A stretch of 63,790 nt of DNA from a virus. Lineage: Duplodnaviria; Caudoviricetes. The stretch covers positions 1-63,790 of IMG/VR virus record IMGVR_UViG_3300036852_000142. One strand, given 5' to 3'. Below are positions 41,268 to 51,386 of this stretch, one piece after another (position 1 is the stretch's first letter; each line of letters opens with the position of its first letter). The notes under the pieces are model-generated. The model was not told the origin of the DNA and made no database searches. It saw nothing but the letters and a program-made list of their open reading frames with translations. The position numbers and the translations under genes were made by a program.

Positions 41268-42038
41268 TTGACGATTCCAAAATTGAAGATTTGCGCATCT
41301 TGCGAAACCCCTAAGCCAGTTTCTGAATTCTGGCTGAAACGAGATCGCAAGGATGGGCGCGACAGGGAATGCATTTTCTGCGGGAAGGCACGGAACGGAC
41401 GAAAACACGCCGCGCGAGCTGCTAAGAAAGTCTACAAACGTAGTCGCAATGGTGAAGTGCCGCACGGCACGAATAGCTGCTATGTGAACTATCGTTGCCG
41501 CTGCGACCAATGCCGCGCAGCGCGTGGCCGTTTTATGTCGGCACTCTACGCTCAGAACCCTGAACGGTTTATTGCGTACACCAAAAAGTCCGAAGAGAAA
41601 AGTGTTGATAGAAGGCGGGAGTATCGTAAAACATATTACCTGGAACACCGGGAGCAGCTTCTTACTAAAAGCCGCACTTATGCGCAAACGCAAAGAGGTC
41701 GCCAGTGTCAACGCAAAAAGCATCTTGCCCGAAAGGCGCGATTCACTGGAGCATCCGGCACGGCGTCGATAGACCAAATTGCGGCGCGATGGGCCTACTA
41801 TGGCGGCCGGTGTTGGGTATGCGGAATAGCCGCTAATGCGCTCGATCATGTGATGCCTATCTCCCGTAACGGTTCTAACTGGCCCGCCAATCTTAGACCC
41901 ATCTGCAAAAGCTGTAATTCGAGGAAACGCAATCATCCGCCTACTCGCTTTCTTTCAATCCGGGAAAAACGAATTTCACAGACCCCACCTTCGCCGGCGG
42001 TCCGGGCGGTGGCGGCTGCTGTTGAGCGTTTGCGATAG
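41268..42038 (+). CDS. HNH homing endonuclease, antisense to the late operon
   Basis: CASC..KPVSEF, CRCDQC, CWVCG..LDHVMPISRNGSNWPANLRPICKSCNSRK. Confidence 0.88.
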   Translation: MTIPKLKICASCETPKPVSEFWLKRDRKDGRDRECIFCGKARNGRKHAARAAKKVYKRSRNGEVPHGTNSCYVNYRCRCDQCRAARGRFMSALYAQNPERFIAYTKKSEEKSVDRRREYRKTYYLEHREQLLTKSRTYAQTQRGRQCQRKKHLARKARFTGASGTASIDQIAARWAYYGGRCWVCGIAANALDHVMPISRNGSNWPANLRPICKSCNSRKRNHPPTRFLSIREKRISQTPPSPAVRAVAAAVERLR

Positions 42039-43241
42039 CTTCCGCCACCTGTGCGAAGCCCGCTAGAATTGAATCGTTCTGTATTGATAGCCACTTGCCG
42101 TTATCTTTCGTGAACTCCTGAATTGCGTCCCCAATGTGAGTAAGCAGCAAATGGTATTGATCAAACTGAGTTTGATCTAATTTAATCAATGTCGGCTGAG
42201 GAGTTGGCGGCATCAATTTAACCCCCGAAACGCCAGCGAAAGAGTCCGCCAACACTTACATAGATCGCGAGTGCCACGGCCCACCATGGCGATCCGATGA
42301 GAATCAGGAAGCTAATAGCCGCCCCGAAACAAGCTAGTAAGATCACTAATCCAGTCCATTCCGGCAGTGGCTTCGAAGGCCCTCGATGCTGTGTGCCACC
42401 TTGTCCTGGTCTCCAGCTCATCACCTTGAAATCTTAGTCTTGTCTCGGATTATGATTCCTCGTTCCTTGATCTCTTTCCAGAACTCGCGGATGAATTTCT
42501 CTGCCTTCTTCGGAGTCAAAGTCAAAACCTCCGTGATGAATGTGTTGTCGGAGCTGCGCCAGAGCTTGATCCTGATTCCGCCTTTAGCCTTTACGATGTC
42601 TGCGAATACTGGTTTGCTCATGACGGATCTTCCTCATCGTCGTCAGATTCTTCATCCGAATCTGTAATGTTTTCACCCCTGGCCTTATGCTTGGCATATT
42701 CTGCTTTCCGTCGTGCCTTATCAGCTTCTTTCTCTTCCTGAAGTTTGATGATCTTCTCGACTGTAGCGCGCCGCTTCTCGTCTATCGTTAAGACCACGTG
42801 TAACGGATAGTCGTTAGACAAACAATCCTCTGGAAGCATCCAAGATGGGAACATAAGGCTGAACCATTTATTCTTGGTTTTGCTTTCGGGAAAGGCGCAT
42901 TTGAGTGTCGAGGTTTCGCTTCCCGTTTCCGAGGTTTTGCAGTTAATGTCTTGAGCTAATCCCGTATTCTCCGGCACAATCGAAATCAGAACCGGGTCGT
43001 GAATCTTTAGCCCACCTGCCTTGGAAAGAGGAATTTTCTCAAACTCCCAGAACTCATCTCCGTCTGAACACTTGAGAGCTAGGTAACTACCGAGAGTCGC
43101 TTCATGCGTGCCAGAGACGTAACACTTCATCTCCGGCGAACTGAATAAAATGAGGATTAAAGCTAATAGCATTGGCGTCAGTTGGTCTATCTCTTAGTTG
43201 TGCGTTTCTCTCATCTCTAAGATGTCTCGCGGTAAATACCA

Positions 43242-43959
43242 CTACTTAGCCCGAATCACCTGAATCGTTGGCACGGCGATTTTCCAGAAAGCTTGGCTCC
43301 AGGGGCCATCGAGAAACTCGAGAACTTTTCCACCAAACCCGCCAACTTTGCCGTGGGGAATAAACTGCATTGCTTCTGTTCTTAACTCGCGCTCTTTCTC
43401 ATAAAGGCTCATGGCTCTAACAAAGTTGCCATGTTCGATCTCGGTTTTCTGATTTGCAATTGTCACGTTTTGATCGGCAATCTTGATTAAGTCCTGGAAT
43501 CGGTTTTCATTAGTTCTGCAAACTTGCAATTTATCTTTCTGGTTTGCGAGCTCTTCCACCTTTTCGGGCGAGAGGGCGCGAAAACGTTGACCATCAATCA
43601 AAACCACATGCGAGCCGTCAGGCAAACTCTTAACGTATTCGACAGTCTGTGCGCTACAAGGGCAGCTCAACTTTATCAGCGTCAGACAGGCGAGCACGGT
43701 CAGCAATACGCTTTTCAAGTTCTGCCTTTTCGTGGCTAATAGCATTTTCAAGCTCAATTCGTTTCCGCTGGTTCTCGCTTAAATCCCGGCTTAGTTTTAT
43801 TAACTCTTGTTCACTGGCTCTGAGTTGCTCTAAAAACCGCGCTCTTTCTAATTCCTGAAGGGCTACTTTGTTTCTTAACTCCTGAACCCGAGCCTGTAAG
43901 TCAGGATCGAGCGACTGTTCAAGCCATGACAGCAATCGAAGGATAATTTGGCGAAGCAT
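43242..43959 (-). CDS. Two coupled coiled-coil/exported genes after the holin (43654-43959 and the 3' part of 43242-43757); possible spanin pair
   Basis: Coiled coils; hydrophobic segment ending CPCSAQ; position after the holin. Confidence 0.4.
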
Positions 43960-44255
43960 TAAGGTTGAGGGGCTTGTTGTCCAACCACTTCCCCTTCACG
44001 GTTTGTCACAATGCCAGAACTATCGACCGACTTCGCTGCCGTGCCAGTCCCTGTGACGTTTTGGTCTTTGGCTGTTAGTAAGCCAAAACCAGCAATCAGG
44101 ATGCCGACAGTTTCGAGGATCAGCTGTCCGTCACTGAGAATTGCTTGAAAATCTTTTGTTCGATAGGCGACGGCAATGCGACCAACAGCCGCGACGATCA
44201 CAGCGAAGCCGGCTAGGGTTGTCCGCCAGTTAATTCCTAATAGTTTGCTCAACAT
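43959..44255 (-). CDS. Holin (putative)
   Basis: NWRTTLAG...two TM helices...AKDQNVTG. Confidence 0.7.
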   Translation of the reverse strand: MLSKLLGINWRTTLAGFAVIVAAVGRIAVAYRTKDFQAILSDGQLILETVGILIAGFGLLTAKDQNVTGTGTAAKSVDSSGIVTNREGEVVGQQAPQP

Positions 44256-44372
44256 TCAGCTATTCTCCTTCTTGCGTTAGCGTCAACTGCCCGGCGAATA
44301 CGGGGGATTCAGCAGATCCGCTAACCGCTCGTCCGTAATCCCCCCAAACAGAAAGGTGGAAAGCACCCTTTC

Positions 44373-44399
44373 AGTCTACTTTGGTTTCAGGATTTATTT
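44373..44399 (-). promoter_or_regulatory. Putative late promoter copy upstream of the holin (AAATAAA-N14-TAGACT)
   Basis: Exact spacing match. Confidence 0.62.
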
Positions 44400-44593
44400 C
44401 GGAGTGTTGATAGTAGAAACAGTAAAGCCGCCTGATTTCTCAAGCGGCTTCACTTCTGGCAGAACCTACCCGCGCCTCAGTGGACGCTCTCGGCCCTACA
44501 TCGTGCTCGTGTCTCCGATTCTCGCGGAGTAGCGCAAAGTTTACATTCGCATCGAGCGACAGCCGTTAACGGCCAATGCGCACGCCTTATGCG

Positions 44594-44866
44594 TCACGTT
44601 TTCGGATGAAAACTCTCTAAAGGCTCTGGAATTTCTTGCCCCAACTCAATCACGGCCATAAGCCAATTCATCGCAGCATCTAACAGGTTGTAATAAGCCT
44701 GTTCCAGCGATTCGCCTTGGCTATAACAACCAGGAAACTCCCGCACATAAGCAGCGAACCCGCCATCTGATTCGCGCACAAAGCAGAAGGAGTATGGTTT
44801 TGCTAAATGCGCTAAAGCGTCATTCGCTTTCTCAGTTTCTTCGATAACGCCTTGGGTAACGAACAC
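44594..44866 (-). CDS. HicB-like antitoxin domain protein (no adjacent hicA seen)
   Basis: ESDGGFAAYVREFPGCYSQGESLEQAYYNLLDA...GQEIPEP. Confidence 0.8.
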   Translation of the reverse strand: MFVTQGVIEETEKANDALAHLAKPYSFCFVRESDGGFAAYVREFPGCYSQGESLEQAYYNLLDAAMNWLMAVIELGQEIPEPLESFHPKT

Positions 44867-45998
44867 GATTCATTTTACCTCAGAAACACCAACGCCGCTA
44901 AAGGGAAAGTTTGTTCAGGACGCGGGACGGTTATGCTTGAGTGAGAGGGTTAGACATAAAAGATTCTTGGTATTCATTACCAAAGAGGCGCAGCCAATCG
45001 TCCTGACATTCCTTACAGTCTTTTCTAAGCCGATCAGAGGTGCAGTGGCAAATGTTACAGCGTTCGACTTCCTGCCTTGCGCGATGAAACCAATCTTCCC
45101 ACTCAACGAGTGAGACAGTGTTATCGAAATGAGCATAACGACCCCAGGCCTCACCGCCGCTAAATGAGATTTCTTTGCCGTCAAATTCAATCTCTCTAAA
45201 AGGTGAGAAGTCATGCCACTTGACTCTAAAATGAACATTGCCAAAATCTATGTCAGAGTCTTTATCCCATGGCTGCTGACGAGAATTCCAATAAACTATT
45301 GTCGCCTCTTCAACCAACGCATGGCATAGCGCCTCAACAAACCAATTGGCACGAAACGACTCGCCGCAAGCGCGTTCCCATCCGATTTCCTTAGATCGTT
45401 CGGCGAATTGACTTGACATAACAGTCTCAAAAGTTTGAGAACCTAGCTGCCGCGAAGTCTCATGCGGTAATTTAGATACCTGAAAGAGGTTAGGCTATCA
45501 AACCGATCTGAGATTTTGACGGATCGCTGGAACGGTTTGATAGCCCTTAGGGATTTCTTCATGCGTAAGATAACACATCCTAAAGCCTCACGTCTATAAC
45601 ACAAGGCTGTAGATTGGACGCTAGAGTTAGCTAGGGTTTTTGTTCAGAGCTGCTCTTCATCATCTCCGTAGTCATATGGCGAGGTTGTAGATTGAATGGT
45701 GGCTCGTTCCATTGCATTGGAGTACCGCTGGAAAGCGTCAGCAAGCCGCGCAAATGACGCGCCTGCCGCTTGCGCACTTAGCCCAATCTTCCGCCAAGCA
45801 ATTCTCATTTGCTCGCAGAATTCTTCAACGCGAGCTTTAATTTCATCATCAGTGAGGATAGACGTGTCATAGCCGAATATATTAAGAGTGAAGCGTATCT
45901 CAGCAATTGCTCGCCGCTCGCGCCGCTTCCAATACCATGCCGTTAGTCGTGTGAGCATGTCCCTCATTTTACTCCGACTTGCGGTGCCCATTCTATCT

Positions 45999-46889
45999 TT
46001 AGGCTGCATTTTCAAGTTGCGCTTCGTAATCAGGATGAAGGGCATAGAGATCAATCATCACCCCTCGCCGACCTTCCTGCCTGCTATCTTCCACGCTCAT
46101 AACTTCCAGCATTTTCTTTTCAACCATCAAGTCCAGCCGCTCATCTAATTCCGAATTGCTCATAAAATAACTACAGGTTTCAAGCCATGCTGCAATCTCA
46201 TCCCGGCTCGCTCGCTCAAGACCTGGCGAGCCTTCGTCGAAACTAAACAATCCAACAATAGCGCCGTAGTCTGCCTGCCTAGTACGGTTCTTTTGCCACT
46301 GTGCGCGATGGCCTTGCCAATAAACCATGCTTTCGATTGATGGGCAGCTTTCAGGGATTTCTTCTGCCAGCTTCGCCAATTCTTCCATGTAGTGATCAAG
46401 ATATGCGCGAGCTTCTCTTGATAACACGAGTTCGCTATCTTCTGGCTTCTCTTTCTTTTCACGACGAGCACGATCGGCTTCGCGCCGCACGCTCCGCTGA
46501 CTAAGTTGTTCCTTAGCAGCTTTGGCTAAAATCCTATCCTGCTGCTCAGGATCAAGACTGGCGACCTCCGCATGAGTAGAGAAGTCAACAACGTCCCGGC
46601 GCCGGGATGGATCAATAGCCTTTGCGACATAGGCATAATTCATCAATGTCTTTTTGGCACGGCCTGTCTCTTCAATTGCTTGGGCGTACTTCTCATCATA
46701 TTTTCTCTCACCGTAGTTTAGCCAATCTCCAATCCACCAACGAATCGCTAAGTCCGCGAGTTGCAGTTGCCTGCCAAGCCGCTCCCAGTGCTCAAACTTT
46801 AATTCTTCAGGCAGCGTGAGACTTGTCGGGGTAAACTCACAACCTGGAATATCGAATGGTGTCACAGGCCGCTCAGCGATAGCACTCAT
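45999..46889 (-). CDS. LmbU-like DNA-binding protein with a possible C-terminal winged helix
   Basis: WERLG..WWIGDWLNYGE..Y..Y..A..FSTHAEVA. Confidence 0.6.
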   Translation of the reverse strand: MSAIAERPVTPFDIPGCEFTPTSLTLPEELKFEHWERLGRQLQLADLAIRWWIGDWLNYGERKYDEKYAQAIEETGRAKKTLMNYAYVAKAIDPSRRRDVVDFSTHAEVASLDPEQQDRILAKAAKEQLSQRSVRREADRARREKKEKPEDSELVLSREARAYLDHYMEELAKLAEEIPESCPSIESMVYWQGHRAQWQKNRTRQADYGAIVGLFSFDEGSPGLERASRDEIAAWLETCSYFMSNSELDERLDLMVEKKMLEVMSVEDSRQEGRRGVMIDLYALHPDYEAQLENAA

Positions 46890-47285
46890 TTTCTTAATTT
46901 CTCCCGCGTTTCTCGCTCCCGTCCGATTCGTTTAGTCCATAAAAGAAATAGAAATAGAAAATATAAAGTAGCCTTCATCTTAATTACGAGCGATCATTCA
47001 ACGATTTGAGAAAGCGCCGCTTCGCGGACGCAGTTGCTTGAATGCTGCCGCAACGGAATCAATCCCTCGCGTCTCGCGCTCCATTTAATGCTCGCGGCAA
47101 CTTCCCACCATTGATAGAAACTGCCAACTCTTGAGCGGGCAATCGGATGTCGTGCCACATAGCCTTGAACCGCCAAACATTTGCCGCAGGCTTCGACTTC
47201 CTTTTTCGTTTCTTCAACAACTAAAATATCGCGGCCCTTCTCACGTTGGCGCTTAACCCATTCTGGCGAACGAATACTCGTCACG

Positions 47286-47726
47286 CTACTTCTCCTTACC
47301 TTCTATAGCAGCAAGCGCAGCGCGGGAAATTGCCAGAGGTAAAGAATCTTCTACTGCAAACGCTGTAACAACGTGATCTTCGTTGTACGGCTCAGCCCGA
47401 GTAAATGAAACCTTCCAAACATAATTAAAGTCCGCGTGAAGATCGATACAACACCACTCTCCGGATTGGCGCATTTTCTCAATCAGTTTCATTGCAGCGG
47501 CTGTGTCGGTTGAGTAGTGCGGAACGTAGTTGAGTGCTCCACCGAAATCCATGTGCATATCGGGCGGACAGTAAAGAACATCGCCAATGGTTCTGTTATC
47601 TGTAGGGTGAACCGCTTTCTCCCATCGCGTCCAGCCCATAACACGTTCCGCGACAGCCGCGTCTAGTTCGCGCCCTGCCAAGCCCTGTGCTGGCGGTTGA
47701 GGGGATTCAGACGATCCGCTTCCAAG
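47286..47726 (-). CDS. Phage ABA-sandwich domain protein (start approximate)
   Basis: GRELDAAVAERVMGW...PHYSTDTAAA...AISRAAL. Confidence 0.65.
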   Translation of the reverse strand, partial: LGSGSSESPQPPAQGLAGRELDAAVAERVMGWTRWEKAVHPTDNRTIGDVLYCPPDMHMDFGGALNYVPHYSTDTAAAMKLIEKMRQSGEWCCIDLHADFNYVWKVSFTRAEPYNEDHVVTAFAVEDSLPLAISRAALAAIEGKEK

Positions 47727-47743
47727 ATGTTTTTGGCTTTCCA

Positions 47744-48418
47744 TTAACCTAATAACTCCCAAGTTGCTTCGTCGATTATTCCTGTCTCTGGTAATTCATA
47801 TTTCTTCTGAAACTGCTTAATTATGGATTCCGTGATTCGACCATACTCACCATCAACGGAAAGAGAATATCCTTTTGCTTTCAATGCAGCTTGGGCAATC
47901 CGTACAGCCTGGCCTTTGTCTCCGAGTTTTAGAGTTGGTCTGGAAGGCACTTGAGGCGAACTGGGCTCACCATCTACTTTAGCCCATACTGCTTGCAGTC
48001 CGCCCTTCACATATAAGGCTCGGCATTCTTTAAGTGTTGGGCCTTTCAGTTCCACATGCGGCAGATCAATAAACTTTGTCCAGTCCCCACCCCACAAAAG
48101 CCCCACTTTCTCCGCCTCATCATTGATCGCTAAGAATGCTTCGCGCCAGTTCCAGTCAATTTTTCCATTAGGAACCGGAGCAATATCGCAAGCGAGCCCG
48201 AAGTTATGGTTGCTGTATCCCCCTCGCGCGCGTGTGACGATCTCTCCAGGCTTCGTTCTGCCCTGGGTAAATAGAAGATCTTGCTCTACGTAGGTTCGCA
48301 ACCCTTGGACAACTTCAAATGGAAACCCATTAGCGCCCAAGCCCGCGATTAGCAAGCGGACACGCGCCGCTAACTTGGGATGAACTTTAGAAAGGCGATT
48401 TTCAGAGGATTGATTCAT
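47744..48418 (-). CDS. Endolysin: M15 family L-Ala-D-Glu peptidase plus peptidoglycan-binding domain
   Basis: GLRTYVEQ..SNHNFGLACD..WGGDW..DLPHVE; LKLGDKG..VDGEYG..FQ. Confidence 0.92.
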   Translation of the reverse strand: MNQSSENRLSKVHPKLAARVRLLIAGLGANGFPFEVVQGLRTYVEQDLLFTQGRTKPGEIVTRARGGYSNHNFGLACDIAPVPNGKIDWNWREAFLAINDEAEKVGLLWGGDWTKFIDLPHVELKGPTLKECRALYVKGGLQAVWAKVDGEPSSPQVPSRPTLKLGDKGQAVRIAQAALKAKGYSLSVDGEYGRITESIIKQFQKKYELPETGIIDEATWELLG

Positions 48419-48693
48419 GCTCCAATTGTTCGCAAGGCATCCTCAAGCGACCTCCAAATATGGACGGGCGCTTTCGGCACGAATTCTTCGTACCAAACCC
48501 GCTGATATATTGTTAGTCGTTGTCTACTTGGCGATTTCTCTCCATCCTTAATTTCAGCCACATACCACAAACCGTGGAATGCGACGAGAAGGTCTGGTAC
48601 ACCTTTCCCAACTGAAGCAATAGACTGAACTCCCGCACCCACCGCACGAAGGCCGCTTACTATCTCACTGTGATTGGAATCTATTTTCTTCAT
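48415..48693 (-). CDS. VRR-NUC / Holliday-junction-resolvase-like PD-(D/E)xK nuclease
   Basis: KIDSNHSEIV..GVPDLLV..EIKDG..LTIYQ. Confidence 0.78.
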   Translation of the reverse strand: MKKIDSNHSEIVSGLRAVGAGVQSIASVGKGVPDLLVAFHGLWYVAEIKDGEKSPSRQRLTIYQRVWYEEFVPKAPVHIWRSLEDALRTIGA

Positions 48694-48736
48694 TCCCGAA
48701 TCTGTAAAGCTAGATTGTTTTCTAGATCGCTTATCA

Positions 48737-49417
48737 TCAATTCCCGTACATTGCTCCCAGAACCATCTTTTCAACGTCAGTCAAATCCCAATGCGCCATG
48801 ACCGCGTAGAGTCCTGTTTGAGCCAGAGGCTTGAGCAGCATTGGGTCACCCGGCGGACGCTGAGGTTTTGGCAACGATTCCCACTTTTCCACTTCCCAGA
48901 GAATTGAGTATTCGCCCAACGCCCCGGTTTGCGGACGATGTTCGGGCGGGATAATCGGCACCGTTGCTTTGACCGTCTCTAAATAAAGCGGGATCTCCCA
49001 TTGCTTTCCCTCTGCAACCCGTGGGAGTGTACCCACGCCAAAGACGAATTGATCACGCTTGGCTTGAGCGCTCTTATTGGGGGCCGACAGAAAGAACCGC
49101 TCCGATGAAGAGAAATACGCCACGTTGCTCCAATGATTACGGCGAAAGAAAACCGTGTCTCGATCGGCGCGGGATAATGCCAATCGCGGGTGATAGTTTT
49201 CCGGTTCAACTCCAGCCTTCACAATTGCCGCGCGTGGGTTGATCACGCCCAGCCCTTCGGACAGTGCACCATAGACTGCCTTCATCATTCGATCATGCTG
49301 TGAACGACTGACGCGCAACGCTGCTTTATATTCATTGAACTTCGCAAGCGCGTCCGTCTTATCAAGAGTTACAACTTCAGCCGCATCGGATAGCGGCCCT
49401 GATAGTTCTGTATTCAT
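48737..49417 (-). CDS. Conserved phage hypothetical protein
   Basis: PRLALSRAD..VPIIPPEHRP..ILWEVE..DPMLL..HWDLTDVE. Confidence 0.6.
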   Translation of the reverse strand: MNTELSGPLSDAAEVVTLDKTDALAKFNEYKAALRVSRSQHDRMMKAVYGALSEGLGVINPRAAIVKAGVEPENYHPRLALSRADRDTVFFRRNHWSNVAYFSSSERFFLSAPNKSAQAKRDQFVFGVGTLPRVAEGKQWEIPLYLETVKATVPIIPPEHRPQTGALGEYSILWEVEKWESLPKPQRPPGDPMLLKPLAQTGLYAVMAHWDLTDVEKMVLGAMYGN

Positions 49418-49594
49418 AAATCCTCCTTCTCAATCGGCAGGCTCAGGTCATCTGAAATCTTGAGCTTGGTCATCGAAAGTTCGAGTCCGAACAAAGCCCA
49501 CCTGCATCCTGATTGTCCTCATTATCCGCATAGTCCTTTGGCGTTTGGCTGCTAAAATATCCTAGATTTCCGCTAAGTGAAGACATGTGAATGG

Positions 49595-50833
49595 TTAGGC
49601 TTTTCGGCGCTTACGTCCGACCTCCGGCACTATATTCCCTTGATTTCCTTCGGAAAACACTGCGTTATTAAAATTCTTGTCCAAACCGAGTCCAAGATTT
49701 TCATTTCCCGCGAAGTTTTCCAGCACTTCCATAGCTCGATCTTTGCTCTCAGTTGACGCGTGACCATAATGCAGAATTAGCGTCTTGTCTGCATGGCCAG
49801 TAATCGATCCAATGGTCGCCAAGTCGCGTCCGGCTTGAAGCATTCGCGTGACTGCTGTGTGGCGCGCGTCATGAGTAACAAACCCGCCAGGCACATCGCG
49901 GCCGTATGTAACCCCCGCCGCTTCGCAGGCCTCGGCAAAGATTTCGTAATAGTCAGTGACCTCCTTACCATCCCGCGTGAAGACGTAGGCGCTCTCTGAC
50001 TGGCCTAACCTCTCACGCAGTATTTCCGCCAAAGTTTTCGTGATCTTCAGATAGCGAACTGTTTGCTCGGATCTTTTCTCTGTCTTCGTTCCGACGATTT
50101 GCATGACCATTGCGCCCCAATCAACCTGGTTCCAACGTAACTTACACAACTCGCCTTTGCGTGCGCCGGTCAACAATGCTGTTCTGAATACATGACCCAC
50201 ATTACGTCGGTTGGCAGCTCTGAATTCAGTTTCATCCTCACGCTTTTCGCTGTAGAGCCAAGTCAGCACACGAGTTACTTCTGAGGCTGAGATAACGCGC
50301 TCGCGTTTCCGTTTGGATCGCTTCGGACGCGGGATCTTCGGTGCATTCCAGTTCTTCAGTTCTGGATAGTAGTCAACTGCGGAATGTAATGCCGATGAGA
50401 TAATGTTTAGTTCCCGGTCAATGCTTGATGGCGCTTGACCATCGCGCTGGCGCCGCTCAACAAAACTGTTGAGATGCGACGTTAGCACTTGGTTAATCCT
50501 CAACCCTTGCGGAATCTCTTCGCAGAGAGTGTTCAATACTCTTCGCGCTCGGACTTGCTCATTGCGATTCAAGAATTGTGAAACGTGCTTATCAGCCAAC
50601 TCCCGCATGGTCGGCAAATCTTTCGGTATCAGAAAGCCGTAACGTAAGTCTTTTTCGGCAAGTCGGATTCTCGAAACAGCCGCTTCAACTTCCGCTTGAC
50701 TCAAAAATCCTGACTCACGTTTGCGCCGACCGTCTGCGAGTCGAATATCAAACCCCCACGAAAAGTATTTCTTTTTGCGCGTGTCATATTTCCATCCTAT
50801 GCGCTGTCGGTTCGAGTAGAACTTCTTGATCAT
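49595..50833 (-). CDS. int: Tyrosine integrase
   Basis: TGARKGEL (R), KTE (K), HDARH, GHAD, HY catalytic residues. Confidence 0.93.
   Translation of the reverse strand: MIKKFYSNRQRIGWKYDTRKKKYFSWGFDIRLADGRRKRESGFLSQAEVEAAVSRIRLAEKDLRYGFLIPKDLPTMRELADKHVSQFLNRNEQVRARRVLNTLCEEIPQGLRINQVLTSHLNSFVERRQRDGQAPSSIDRELNIISSALHSAVDYYPELKNWNAPKIPRPKRSKRKRERVISASEVTRVLTWLYSEKREDETEFRAANRRNVGHVFRTALLTGARKGELCKLRWNQVDWGAMVMQIVGTKTEKRSEQTVRYLKITKTLAEILRERLGQSESAYVFTRDGKEVTDYYEIFAEACEAAGVTYGRDVPGGFVTHDARHTAVTRMLQAGRDLATIGSITGHADKTLILHYGHASTESKDRAMEVLENFAGNENLGLGLDKNFNNAVFSEGNQGNIVPEVGRKRRKA
49615..49632 (+). other. Putative attP core resembling a tRNA-Leu 3' end
   Basis: gtccgacctccggcacta reads as T-stem 3' strand, acceptor 3' strand CTCCGGC and discriminator A. 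Confidence 0.6.
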
Positions 50834-51105
50834 TTGGCTTGGCCTACCAGTCTGAGAATGTCAGTACGTCGCCGCGCATCTTCTATCAAAATTCGTCTGT
50901 GAGCAATGATTTCACCGCGAACCAAAAACAGTTTTTTGCCTTGCGGAATAATCGTCAGCTTTTCCGTGCCGGCCTTCCGCTTGCGAACAGTTGACGGATC
51001 TAGCCCAAGCATCCGGGCAGCTTCGGCCAAAGGAATCAGATCGTCCATATCGGATTCAAGTGCTTTTAGTTTCACGCTCACTAGCTCACCGCCCACCAAA
51101 GACAA
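50830..51105 (-). CDS. Excisionase-like HTH protein
   Basis: LIPLAEAARMLGLDPSTVRKR; coupled to int. Confidence 0.7.
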   Translation of the reverse strand: MSLVGGELVSVKLKALESDMDDLIPLAEAARMLGLDPSTVRKRKAGTEKLTIIPQGKKLFLVRGEIIAHRRILIEDARRRTDILRLVGQAK

Positions 51106-51386
51106 TCGTTACTCCCTATCTCTGTCCGTCTCACAAGTTTCATTTCCAAAAGTTCAGGCAACCGTCTTGCGATCTGGTATCTGTCCAACGTTCCAAGTTC
51201 TGCGAGCTCTTTACTGCTGCGACCGGGATATTGCTTCACAAGCTGAAGTGTTAGGGCTCTTTGCCCTCTCAAAGTTCCTGAACGCTCAATATCCTCTGCT
51301 GCCCTTCGAGATGAAGGAGGGTCTGTGCGGCGCGATCGCGATCTGGGAAAGTCGAGTTGGTATTGCACGCTCAAACCACACTCCAA
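51081..51386 (-). CDS. Winged-helix phage protein
   Basis: RRTDPPSSRRAA..PGRSSKELA..RRLPEL. Confidence 0.6.
   Translation of the reverse strand: MECGLSVQYQLDFPRSRSRRTDPPSSRRAAEDIERSGTLRGQRALTLQLVKQYPGRSSKELAELGTLDRYQIARRLPELLEMKLVRRTEIGSNDCLWWAVS

Noticed and set aside
41217-41936. 239-aa minus-strand ORF
   Set aside because: Shadow of the plus-strand HNH gene.
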